NCBI GenBank assembly: GCA_046706585.1
Contig: JBJKPH010000463.1
Location: 1-25,761, forward strand
Reading direction: 5' to 3'
Source: Bacteroidales bacterium
Lineage (GTDB): Bacteria; Bacteroidota; Bacteroidia; Bacteroidales; VadinHA17
DNA length: 25,761 bases
In this document: positions 17,308 through 25,403 of the stretch, piece after piece
How positions within the stretch are numbered: the stretch's first letter is position 1
How the letters are laid out: each line of letters opens with the position of its first letter
Made by a program: the position numbers and the translations under genes
Notes under the pieces: model-generated
Databases searched by the model: none
What the model saw: the letters and a program-made list of their open reading frames with translations, nothing else
Told to the model about the DNA's origin: nothing

Positions 17308-17757
17308 TTATACTTTTTTTAATGGTATTTTGTCTATCCTTCTCTTATGCCTTCCTCCGTCGAAAGGAGTCAGCAAAAAAGTTTTAACGATCAGGATAGC
17401 TTCAGGTCCTGAAATGAACCTGCCCGGGAGAGAACAAATATTTGCGTCGTTATGAGCTCTGGCCAGCCTGCTGATATCTTCATTCCAGCATAATGCAGCT
17501 CTTATACCCTGGTATTTGTTCGCAGTAATATTCATACCATTACCACTTCCACATATTGTTATCCCAATATCATATTTGCCGCTTTCGACAGCCCGTGCCG
17601 ACGGATGCGCATAATCAGGGTAATCAACACTCTCCTCTGAAAAACACCCGAAATCCTTAACTTCGTAGCCCTGATTAATAAGAAAATCCGAGATTTCTTC
17701 TTTAAGTCTGAATCCAGCATGGTCGGACGAAATGGCTATTTTCTTGATATTTAACAT
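17308..17757 (-). CDS. rpiB: Ribose-5-phosphate isomerase B
   Basis: SDHAG, SVDYPD, ICGSGNG, ANKYQGIRAA, ARAHNDAN, FDGGRHKRR. Confidence 0.95.
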   Translation of the reverse strand: MLNIKKIAISSDHAGFRLKEEISDFLINQGYEVKDFGCFSEESVDYPDYAHPSARAVESGKYDIGITICGSGNGMNITANKYQGIRAALCWNEDISRLARAHNDANICSLPGRFISGPEAILIVKTFLLTPFDGGRHKRRIDKIPLKKV

Positions 17758-18283
17758 TTTGTGGTTTTAAGTACATATTAACATAAATATACCAACAAAA
17801 ATATCGCTATCTGATCAGAAATTGAAATTTTTTGACCCGTAAAACAAAAACAATCTGTAATGGTAAAATGTTTATTCTTTGGAAGACTATATGTAAAAGA
17901 TACAGAATGTCACAATTTGTGAATAACCTGTTATTCCAACTCTTGAAAAATCATTAATTATTTCCGTATTACAGGAGAAGTAAAATTTCTTTAATTGTCA
18001 ACACAACTTTTTATTAGATAATATCAAATATTAAACCTTCTTTCAACATCAAAAACATTAATTTTGTCATTACCTCTATCTTAACATTCAGCAATGAACA
18101 ATTGTTAATAATAGCGGTAATACCCTCTGGATAAAAACGGTATAATTTTTGAACTGTTGATAACCTGTTTTAAGAATTTTAATATACAATATTACAAGAC
18201 AAATCATATTTTTCTTCCAACACTTTCAACAGCATATAAACATCATCATATATAAGATTTATACTTAAATAATAATATTTCAG
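17758..18283. other. Candidate chromosomal replication origin (oriC)
   Basis: Gene-free and AT-rich, with DnaA-box-like 9-mers: TGTGAATAA 17918-17926, TTGTCAACA 17995-18003, CTTTCAACA 18040-18048, TGTTAATAA 18103-18111, TCTGGATAA 18126-18134, TGTTGATAA 18155-18163, CTTCCAACA 18214-18222, CTTTCAACA 18223-18231; AT-rich tract 18232-18283. Confidence 0.7.
17796..17803 (-). promoter_or_regulatory. -7 element (TATTTTTG) for rpiB-rrf2-hemW
   Basis: TAnnTTTG match 38 nt upstream of the rpiB ATG. Confidence 0.5.
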
Positions 18284-19279
18284 ATGTTAAAAACTGCTCC
18301 AGATTTATATAAGGGATATATCAATGAAAAAATTGATCCTTCAATTGATATAAAGGAGGAAATTAGCAAACTGAGGAAAGAAAAGAATGCAGTTATACTG
18401 GCTCATTATTACCAGACCGGAGATATACAGGACATAGCAGATCATGTTGGAGACAGTCTGGCTTTGTCGAGAAAGGCAGCTGAAGTAAAAGCCGATATTA
18501 TTCTTTTTGCCGGAGTGCATTTTATGGCCGAAACAGCAAAACTTCTCTCACCTGATAAAAAAGTACTTATTCCCGATCTGAATGCTGGTTGTTCTCTTGC
18601 TGACTCGTGCGATACAAATGAATTCAGGCAATTTGTTGAGGAGAATCCGGGGCGCACTGTAATAACTTATGTTAATTCAACTGCAGAGATAAAAGCATTA
18701 AGTGATATAATTTGTACTTCTTCAAATGCTTTCAAGATAGTTGAATCACTTCCGGAAGACGAAAAACTGATTTTTGCACCCGACAGGAACCTGGGAAATT
18801 ATATTAAGAACAGGATAAGCAGGGATATGCTTGTTTGGAACGGTGCTTGTCATGTACATGAGGAATTTTCACTTGAAGAAATAGTTAAACTAAAAAAGGA
18901 AAATCCTGATGCCGGCATAATTGTACATCCTGAATGTGAACTTCCTGTAAGGATGGTTGCCGATTTTATCGGATCTACAGGAGCGTTGCTGAAATACGTC
19001 ATAAAGAACGAAAAGCAGAAATATATCGTTGGAACAGAACCCGGTATAATACACCAAATGAAAAAATCATGTCCCGGCAAAATATTCATTCCGGCTCCGC
19101 CAAAGGACTCAACGTGTGGATGCAGTGAGTGTAATTTTATGAAACTTATAACTTTGGAAAAGATTTATAATACTCTGAAATTTGAACAGCCGGAAGTGAT
19201 ACTTGATAAAAAACTGATTGAAAAAGCAGCAAAACCAATTTGGAGAATGCTGGAGATGTCAGAGAAACTGGGTATTTAA
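18284..19279 (+). CDS. nadA: Quinolinate synthase A
   Basis: AVILAHYYQ, GDSLAL, AGVHFMAETAK, AGCSLA, YVNSTA, CTSSNA, CHVH, HPEC, GSTG, GTE, CSECNFM. Confidence 0.97.
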   Translation: MLKTAPDLYKGYINEKIDPSIDIKEEISKLRKEKNAVILAHYYQTGDIQDIADHVGDSLALSRKAAEVKADIILFAGVHFMAETAKLLSPDKKVLIPDLNAGCSLADSCDTNEFRQFVEENPGRTVITYVNSTAEIKALSDIICTSSNAFKIVESLPEDEKLIFAPDRNLGNYIKNRISRDMLVWNGACHVHEEFSLEEIVKLKKENPDAGIIVHPECELPVRMVADFIGSTGALLKYVIKNEKQKYIVGTEPGIIHQMKKSCPGKIFIPAPPKDSTCGCSECNFMKLITLEKIYNTLKFEQPEVILDKKLIEKAAKPIWRMLEMSEKLGI

Positions 19280-19283
19280 TATT

Positions 19284-20843
19284 ATGAAGCAGAGATCCGT
19301 TATATTATTGATTTTATTTCTTTTTATACCACTGTTCGCAGATGGACAAACAGCACAGCTGACCGACGGATTTCATGTTTTCAAGTATCCAAATGGTTCA
19401 ATATCAAGCGAAGGGAATATAAGAAACGGTAAACCTGATGGTTACTGGAAAAGTTATTATGTTACAGGAGTCCTGAAATCGGAAGGGAAAAGAAGAAATT
19501 ACTTACTTGACAGTGTATGGATCTTTTATACTCAAACAGGAGATACACTGGAGAAGATACAGTATCTGTACGGTAAAAAAAGTGGTTATTATTACAGGTA
19601 TAAAAGAGATAATATTTATGGACTGTATATCTGGTCAAGGGAATTATTTGTAGGAGATAAACGGGAAGGTCGTGCATATCTTTATTATCCTGATGGTGCA
19701 GTAAAACAAACAATCCCATATTTTGACGGAAAGAAGCAGGGCTTGTCGAAAGAGTATGATAACAACGGCATGATTATTACTCTGTATGAATATAATAATG
19801 ATTTCCTTATATCAAGGGAAAAAATAAACAGAACAGATGCAGAAGGATTAAAGCAGGGAGACTGGAAAGAGTTTTATGATAACGGTAATATAAAAGCTGA
19901 GATGACCTACCGTGATGATAAATTGCACGGGTATTACAAGGAGTATAATGAAAAAGGTATTCTTACCCTGACAATGCTTTATGACGACGGGAACCTTGTT
20001 GAGGATAATGTTTCTGATGATCCTGAAATTGAGATTGTTAACAGGTATGATGATCAGGGCAGGCTTATATACAGTGGTCCGTACAAACAGGGCACGCCTG
20101 TAGGGATCCACCGTGAATACAATCCTTTGGACGGAACTATTACCGGATCCTATGTCTATAATGATGAAGGAGTAAAAGTTTCGGAGGGTATTGTGAACGA
20201 AGCCGGAGAAAGAACAGGCAAATGGAAGGATTTCTATCCTGAAGGCGGAGTTAAGGAAGAGGGTGAGTATATTGATAACAGGAGATCAGGAACATGGAAG
20301 TTCTATAGCCGGGAAGGAAAAGTAGTACAGTCGGGTGGATACAGGAACGGAAGGGAAGATGGTGTGTGGGATTGGTATTACGATGACGGATCATTACTAA
20401 GGGAAGAGGAATACTATCAGGGAAGAAGAGATGGAAATTACATTGAATATTCAAAGGAGGGAGAGATAATAAGTAAGGGTCAGTATGCAGATAGTGAAAA
20501 GAACGGTGAATGGATCACAAGTGTTGGCGATCACAGTGAAGAAGGAAACTATATTATCGGGCTCAGAGATGGTTTGTGGAAATATTTTGACAGTGATGGG
20601 AATATTACTTTTAAGGGAAATTACGTCCAGGACAACCCCGATGGATATCAGACACTATATTTTGAGAATGGCAAGGTAAAGGAAGAGCGTTACTATGTTA
20701 TGGGCATTAAGCAGAGAACCTGGAAGAAATATGATGAAGAAGGAAATGTAATTATGACAATTTCTTATCGCGACGACATTGAAAGAAGAATAAACGGTAT
20801 TAGGATCAACCTGCCAGAAAGTGATGTTAAACTGATAAAATAG
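19284..20843 (+). CDS. Secreted MORN-variant (MORN_2/YwqK-like) repeat protein (start re-called to MKQRSV..., 519 aa)
   Basis: Signal peptide then many ~24-aa repeats of the form G-x-W-x-x-Y-Y-x-x-G-x4-G-x-Y; ATG 4 nt after the nadA stop. Confidence 0.85.
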   Translation: MKQRSVILLILFLFIPLFADGQTAQLTDGFHVFKYPNGSISSEGNIRNGKPDGYWKSYYVTGVLKSEGKRRNYLLDSVWIFYTQTGDTLEKIQYLYGKKSGYYYRYKRDNIYGLYIWSRELFVGDKREGRAYLYYPDGAVKQTIPYFDGKKQGLSKEYDNNGMIITLYEYNNDFLISREKINRTDAEGLKQGDWKEFYDNGNIKAEMTYRDDKLHGYYKEYNEKGILTLTMLYDDGNLVEDNVSDDPEIEIVNRYDDQGRLIYSGPYKQGTPVGIHREYNPLDGTITGSYVYNDEGVKVSEGIVNEAGERTGKWKDFYPEGGVKEEGEYIDNRRSGTWKFYSREGKVVQSGGYRNGREDGVWDWYYDDGSLLREEEYYQGRRDGNYIEYSKEGEIISKGQYADSEKNGEWITSVGDHSEEGNYIIGLRDGLWKYFDSDGNITFKGNYVQDNPDGYQTLYFENGKVKEERYYVMGIKQRTWKKYDEEGNVIMTISYRDDIERRINGIRINLPESDVKLIK

Positions 20844-20852
20844 CGATCCCCT

Positions 20853-21875
20853 ATGGGAGACCAGATTAACCTGAGAAAAGAACCGATATCACAGACAGAT
20901 ACGGAGTTTGAAAAAAAGCTGAGACCACTCTCTTTCGGGGATTTCAACGGGCAGAACAGGATCGTGGAAAATCTCAGGGTTTTTGTTACAGCTGCAAACC
21001 AGAGAGAAGAGGCACTTGATCATGTTCTCCTTCACGGACCTCCGGGGTTGGGAAAGACTACTCTGGCAAACATTATTTCAAATGAGCTGGATGTGGGACT
21101 GAAAGTAACATCCGGTCCGGTGCTTGACAAACCAGGTGATCTTGCCGGGCTTCTGACATCACTTGAGGAGGGGGATGTTCTCTTTATCGATGAAATACAT
21201 CGCCTGAGTCCTGTTGTGGAGGAGTATCTATACTCGGCCATGGAGGATTACCAGATTGATATTATGATTGACAAGGGGCCCAGTGCCAGGTCTGTACAAC
21301 TTACCCTGAACCCTTTTACACTGATAGGAGCAACAACCAGATCGGGTTTGCTTACCAGTCCTCTGAGGGCCAGGTTCGGAATAAAAATGCACCTTGAATA
21401 TTATGATACAGAAGTTCTTAAGGGAATAGTTAAGCGTTCTGCAGGAATTCTTGATATATCTATCGATGATAATGCTGCCCGGGAGATTGCATACAGGAGC
21501 CGCGGAACACCAAGGATAGCAAATGCTTTACTCAGAAGGGTCAGGGACTTTGCCCAGGTGAAGGGAAACGGGAATAGTGATATAGATATTACACGATATT
21601 CACTTGAGGCCCTTAATATCGATAAGCACGGTCTGGATGAGATGGATAACAAGATACTGAATGTAATAATTGAGAAATTCAAGGGAGGCCCGGTCGGACT
21701 AAACACCATTGCCACTGCAGTAGGTGAAGAAAGCGGTACTATTGAGGAAGTTTATGAGCCATTTCTTATTAAGGAAGGTTATATCAAAAGGACACCGCGT
21801 GGCAGGGAGGCTACTGAAAATGCTTATAAACATCTTGGAAAACATAAATTAGGAGATACAGGTTTATTGTTTTAA
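20853..21875 (+). CDS. ruvB: Holliday junction branch migration helicase RuvB
   Basis: [15 protein letters not shown] Walker [10 protein letters not shown] Walker B, GATTRSG, RGTPRIA, YEPFL, RTPRGR. Confidence 0.98.
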   Translation: MGDQINLRKEPISQTDTEFEKKLRPLSFGDFNGQNRIVENLRVFVTAANQREEALDHVLLHGPPGLGKTTLANIISNELDVGLKVTSGPVLDKPGDLAGLLTSLEEGDVLFIDEIHRLSPVVEEYLYSAMEDYQIDIMIDKGPSARSVQLTLNPFTLIGATTRSGLLTSPLRARFGIKMHLEYYDTEVLKGIVKRSAGILDISIDDNAAREIAYRSRGTPRIANALLRRVRDFAQVKGNGNSDIDITRYSLEALNIDKHGLDEMDNKILNVIIEKFKGGPVGLNTIATAVGEESGTIEEVYEPFLIKEGYIKRTPRGREATENAYKHLGKHKLGDTGLLF

Positions 21876-21876
21876 T

Positions 21877-21907
21877 TTTGCGAAGTTTTGGTGAATAATT
21901 ATATTTG
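21877..21907 (+). promoter_or_regulatory. Complete Bacteroidota primary-sigma promoter: TTTG-N19-TATATTTG
   Basis: -33 TTTG at 21877-21880 and -7 TATATTTG at 21900-21907 with a 19-nt spacer. Confidence 0.7.
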
Positions 21908-21950
21908 GAAACTTTTTCTGCAGAAAAAGATAAATACTTAAATATAGATT

Positions 21951-22124
21951 ATGAAAGCGTTACTAAAGATAATCGGGATTGTTTTTGTTATTGCAGGAGT
22001 TGTACTTCTGGCTTATTCCGAATTTTCAAAAATTGAAAGCAATACTATTCTTATCTGGAGCGCAGGATTAGTTATTGCAGGTCTGGTGGCTTATATTATC
22101 ACCAACAGAATATTCGAGACCTGA
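21951..22124 (+). CDS. Small two-TM membrane protein, 57 aa (absent from the ORF track)
   Basis: MKALLKIIGIVFVIAGVVLLAYSEFSKIESNTILIWSAGLVIAGLVAYIITNRIFET; two hydrophobic helices with a short loop; A-rich leader; own promoter. Confidence 0.75.
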   Translation: MKALLKIIGIVFVIAGVVLLAYSEFSKIESNTILIWSAGLVIAGLVAYIITNRIFET

Positions 22125-22157
22125 AAATATTTACAGGGTCAGGGGGTTTCACTCTCT

Positions 22158-22868
22158 TCAACCGAAGACATTACTTATTTTTTCAAGCATCTTCTTATTA
22201 AGGATCCTGATCTTTCGGCCGTTCAGTTCGATAAGTTTATCTGATCTGAACTCAGAGAGAAGTCTTATCACTGATTCGGTAGCAGTACCGACTATATTAG
22301 CCAGCTCTTCCCTTGTTAGTGAAATTCTAAGGTAATTCTGTTCATCTACGCCAAAGTCGTTAATAAGATGCAGAAGGACCTCAGCAAGCCTTTCCCTTAC
22401 CGTTTTCTGGGCTATATCTGTAATATATGAATTTGCCTCACCCAGTTCATGGCATGTCATTTTCATTACTTCCATGGCAAAGGTGGGATTTTCCCTGACA
22501 AAATTAATCAGGACATTTGACGGAATAAAGCATACGGAAGCCTCTTCAATAACTTTGGCTGATGTACATGCAGGCTCATTGCTTAGTACCGAACGGTAGG
22601 AAATGATATCACCCCTTCTTGCGAATCTTATTATTTGTTCCTTACCATCAATTCCTGTCTTGAATATTTTAATAATACCCTTGTTAATACAGTAAAATCC
22701 ACTTATCCTGTTGCCCTCGGAATAAAGAATTTCGCCCCGTGAAAAGTGTCTGAACTCCTTCTCATAGTTGATGATCTCTATCTCATCGCGGGAGAGGTTT
22801 TTAAATACCGAACCCGACTCAATTGCACAATGATCACAAAAAGGGATATAGATTTCTTTTTGTTTCAT
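22158..22868 (-). CDS. Crp/Fnr-family transcriptional regulator with an N-terminal CxxC
   Basis: cNMP-binding fold (GEILYSEG, GIIKI, GKEQI), TVRERLA, HTH TREELANIVGTATESVIRLLSEF. Confidence 0.92.
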   Translation of the reverse strand: MKQKEIYIPFCDHCAIESGSVFKNLSRDEIEIINYEKEFRHFSRGEILYSEGNRISGFYCINKGIIKIFKTGIDGKEQIIRFARRGDIISYRSVLSNEPACTSAKVIEEASVCFIPSNVLINFVRENPTFAMEVMKMTCHELGEANSYITDIAQKTVRERLAEVLLHLINDFGVDEQNYLRISLTREELANIVGTATESVIRLLSEFRSDKLIELNGRKIRILNKKMLEKISNVFG

Positions 22869-22948
22869 CAGGATTAATAAAAGTGATTTTTGGTTTAATT
22901 TTATACCTTAGTCTTACAAAGAAAATAAAAATTAATCGATTCTTTAAT

Positions 22949-23377
22949 ATGGCAGAGCGAGTAAACGTTCAATTAAAGGAAAACCTATCGTTCGAGGTGA
23001 ATGTAGATGGTCATAAACTTATGATTGACAGCTCACCAGAAGCAGGGGGGACAAATAAAGGTCCGAAGCCCAAGAGTTTAATGATGGTTGCTCTTGCAGG
23101 GTGCACAGGAATGGATGTGGCCTCCATTCTCAGGAAAATGAAAATTGCTTTCGACGATCTTCAGATTGAGGTGGAAGGAACCCTCACGGAGACACACCCC
23201 CGGCATTTCGAGGAAATGAAGATAATTTACATCCTTAAGGGTAAAAACATACCGTATGAGAAAGTCGAAAAGGCTGTAAATTTATCACAGGAGAAATATT
23301 GTGGTGTAAGCTTCAGCTACAGGGAGTCGATGAAGATCTCCCATGAAATAAGGATAAACGATACGAAAACGGATTAG
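22949..23377 (+). CDS. OsmC/Ohr-family protein (YhfA-like; start re-called to MAERVN..., 142 aa)
   Basis: GPKPKSLMMVALAGCTGMDV and EKYCGVS two-Cys motifs; the longer ORF overlaps the divergent Crp start. Confidence 0.88.
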   Translation: MAERVNVQLKENLSFEVNVDGHKLMIDSSPEAGGTNKGPKPKSLMMVALAGCTGMDVASILRKMKIAFDDLQIEVEGTLTETHPRHFEEMKIIYILKGKNIPYEKVEKAVNLSQEKYCGVSFSYRESMKISHEIRINDTKTD

Positions 23378-24417
23378 AAAGCTGACCGGAACTGCTCAAG
23401 AAAGCGTATATCATTTTCAAAATAGAGGCGAAGGTCATTAACCTGGTATTTAAGCATTGTAACCCTCTCAATACCCATTCCAAAGGCATAACCGGTATAT
23501 TTTTTACTATCTATTCCACAATAGTCGAGTACGTTGGGGTCGACCATGCCACACCCGAGAACTTCAAGCCAGCCGGTATGTTTGCATACGTTACAACCTT
23601 TGCCCCCGCAGATAGTGCAGCTTACATCCATTTCGGCCGATGGTTCGGTAAACGGGAAGAATGAAGGTCTTAGCCTGATAAGTGTATCTTTTCCAAACAT
23701 CTCCCTGGCAAAGAAAAACAGCGTTTGCTTAAGATCGGCAAAAGAGACATTTTCATCGATATATAAACCCTCAACCTGATGAAATATACAATGTGCCCTG
23801 GCCGAAATGGCTTCGTTCCTGAAAACCCTTCCTGGTGAAATTGTCCTGACAGGCGGTTTCTCCGATTGCATTACCCTTACCTGTACCGATGAGGTATGTG
23901 TGCGCAGGAGTATATCGTCGCGATTGCTTTCGTCAGCAGATTTGCGATCGATATAGAATGTATCCAGCATATCACGGGCCGGATGTTCAGGAGGAAAGTT
24001 CAGGAGGGTAAATACATGATCATCATCTTCTATTTCAGGGCCTTCAGATATTGTAAAACCGAGCCTTGAGAATATACTGATTATTTCATTCCGAACTATT
24101 GAAAGAGGATGACGGGTACCTTTGAAATATGGTATTCCGGGACGTGTAAGATCCTGGTGTGTTCCCGGCGATGTCTCTTCCCCGGTTATACTATTTTTGA
24201 ATGACTCCAGTCTGTCCGCTGCCAGTGTTTTAAGATTATTGATTAGCAGCCCCAACTCTTTTTTCTGTTCGGCAGGGACCTGACGAAAATCATTGAAAAG
24301 AGATGTAATAACACCCTTTTTACCCAGGTATCTGATCCTGAAAGTTTCAACTTCTTCCTCTCCTGACGGGTTGAATGCCTTAATCTCCTCTTCTATTTTC
24401 CTGATTCTTTCGATCAT
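23374..24417 (-). CDS. pheS: Phenylalanine-tRNA ligase alpha subunit
   Basis: GTRHPL, LNFPPEHPARDMLDTF, LLRTHTSSVQ, PGRVFR, FHQVEG, FPFTEPSAE, GCGMV, AFGMGIER. Confidence 0.98.
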   Translation of the reverse strand: MIERIRKIEEEIKAFNPSGEEEVETFRIRYLGKKGVITSLFNDFRQVPAEQKKELGLLINNLKTLAADRLESFKNSITGEETSPGTHQDLTRPGIPYFKGTRHPLSIVRNEIISIFSRLGFTISEGPEIEDDDHVFTLLNFPPEHPARDMLDTFYIDRKSADESNRDDILLRTHTSSVQVRVMQSEKPPVRTISPGRVFRNEAISARAHCIFHQVEGLYIDENVSFADLKQTLFFFAREMFGKDTLIRLRPSFFPFTEPSAEMDVSCTICGGKGCNVCKHTGWLEVLGCGMVDPNVLDYCGIDSKKYTGYAFGMGIERVTMLKYQVNDLRLYFENDIRFLEQFRSAF

Positions 24418-24433
24418 CTTTTGGCCGTTTTGA

Positions 24434-24464
24434 CAAAGATATAAACTCCCGGGCTATTTACGAA
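24434..24464 (-). promoter_or_regulatory. pheS promoter: TTCG-N19-TATCTTTG
   Basis: -7 element at 24441-24434 and a near-consensus -33 at 24464-24461; 16 nt upstream of the pheS ATG. Confidence 0.6.
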
Positions 24465-25308
24465 CCACTTTTGCTTTTTGTATTATCACCGGTTCAACAG
24501 GCCTGTTATTGGAAGGATCGGTCTTAACTTCGGATATGGCTTCGACAACATCCATACCTTCGACCACTTCTCCGAAGACCGTATACTGCATGTCGAGGTG
24601 AGGTGTTCCTCCCACAGTTTTATATATTTCACGTCTTTCGGGGCTGATAACAAAAGGTTTCATCTCCGCAATCTCGTCGTACGCGAGCATTGATGCTGCC
24701 TGCTGTAATTCGGCATCACTCATCTTATCCCCGGTTTCGGCCATCCTTTTTCGTTCGGCATTGAGGTATTTATAAAAAACAGCCTGTTTCAGACCGGCAT
24801 CAACCCTTTTTTGTATTACGTCGAGTTGCATGTCGGCTGTTACCGTGTCACCCGTACCTGTAACCTGATCTTTGAAAACCTGGCCCTCAACAATATAGAA
24901 CTGGGTACCAGATGAATTCCGCAACGGATTATAACTGTCTCCGGTACGGGCTGCTGCAAGCACACCTTTTTTGTGAAAATGCCGGGGTAATATTTCGGCG
25001 GGAATGGTATATCTATACTTTTTGATGTAGGCAGACGAAGTATCTCCTTTTGTTGACGGATCACCGGCCTGGATCATAAAACCGTCGATGATCCTGTGAA
25101 ATGCAATACCATCGTAGAATTTATCTTTTACCAGTTTGATAAAATTATCACGATGACCGGGTGTATCGTTATAGAGTTTAACCTTTATATCGCCCATATT
25201 GGTTGTAAGGAGGACATAATATTCCTTTTCTTCACCATTTTCGGAACAGGATGTCAGAAATATATTTGCCTGTAATAAAAATAAAAAGAGGAGAAGCAGT
25301 CGTTTCAT
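24454..25308 (-). CDS. Cyclophilin-type peptidyl-prolyl isomerase, lipoprotein, with a helical insertion (start re-called to MKRLLL...)
   Basis: Lipobox LTSC; TNMGDI, HRDNF, FHRIIDGFMIQAGD, HKKGVLAAAR, SSGTQFYIV, TPHLD, YTVFGEVVEGMDVV. Confidence 0.92.
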   Translation of the reverse strand: MKRLLLLFLFLLQANIFLTSCSENGEEKEYYVLLTTNMGDIKVKLYNDTPGHRDNFIKLVKDKFYDGIAFHRIIDGFMIQAGDPSTKGDTSSAYIKKYRYTIPAEILPRHFHKKGVLAAARTGDSYNPLRNSSGTQFYIVEGQVFKDQVTGTGDTVTADMQLDVIQKRVDAGLKQAVFYKYLNAERKRMAETGDKMSDAELQQAASMLAYDEIAEMKPFVISPERREIYKTVGGTPHLDMQYTVFGEVVEGMDVVEAISEVKTDPSNNRPVEPVIIQKAKVVRK

Positions 25309-25352
25309 TTCATTAATGTTATATAATTTTATAATTTTCACTCTCGGGTCAA

Positions 25353-25360
25353 CAAATATA
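25353..25360 (-). promoter_or_regulatory. -7 element (TATATTTG) for the cyclophilin gene
   Basis: TAnnTTTG match 44 nt upstream of the re-called ATG. Confidence 0.5.
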
Positions 25361-25403
25361 TAAAACTTTGTTAATTAATATTTTTAGCTGCTGTTCCAAT
25401 AAA

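Noticed and set aside
19218-20843. Toxin-antitoxin (YwqK) module; TTG start at 19218
   Set aside because: No adjacent toxin, and the protein has a signal peptide. The TTG start overlaps nadA by 62 nt, whereas ATG 19284 gives a clean signal sequence.
22823-22948. 42-aa N-terminal extension of the OsmC ORF
   Set aside because: Overlaps the divergent Crp start and AT-rich promoter region; the family fold starts at Met 22949.
877-25064. The many 60-190 aa ORFs overlapping the called genes on the opposite strand or in alternative frames
   Set aside because: They lie within well-supported conserved genes and carry no recognisable motifs.
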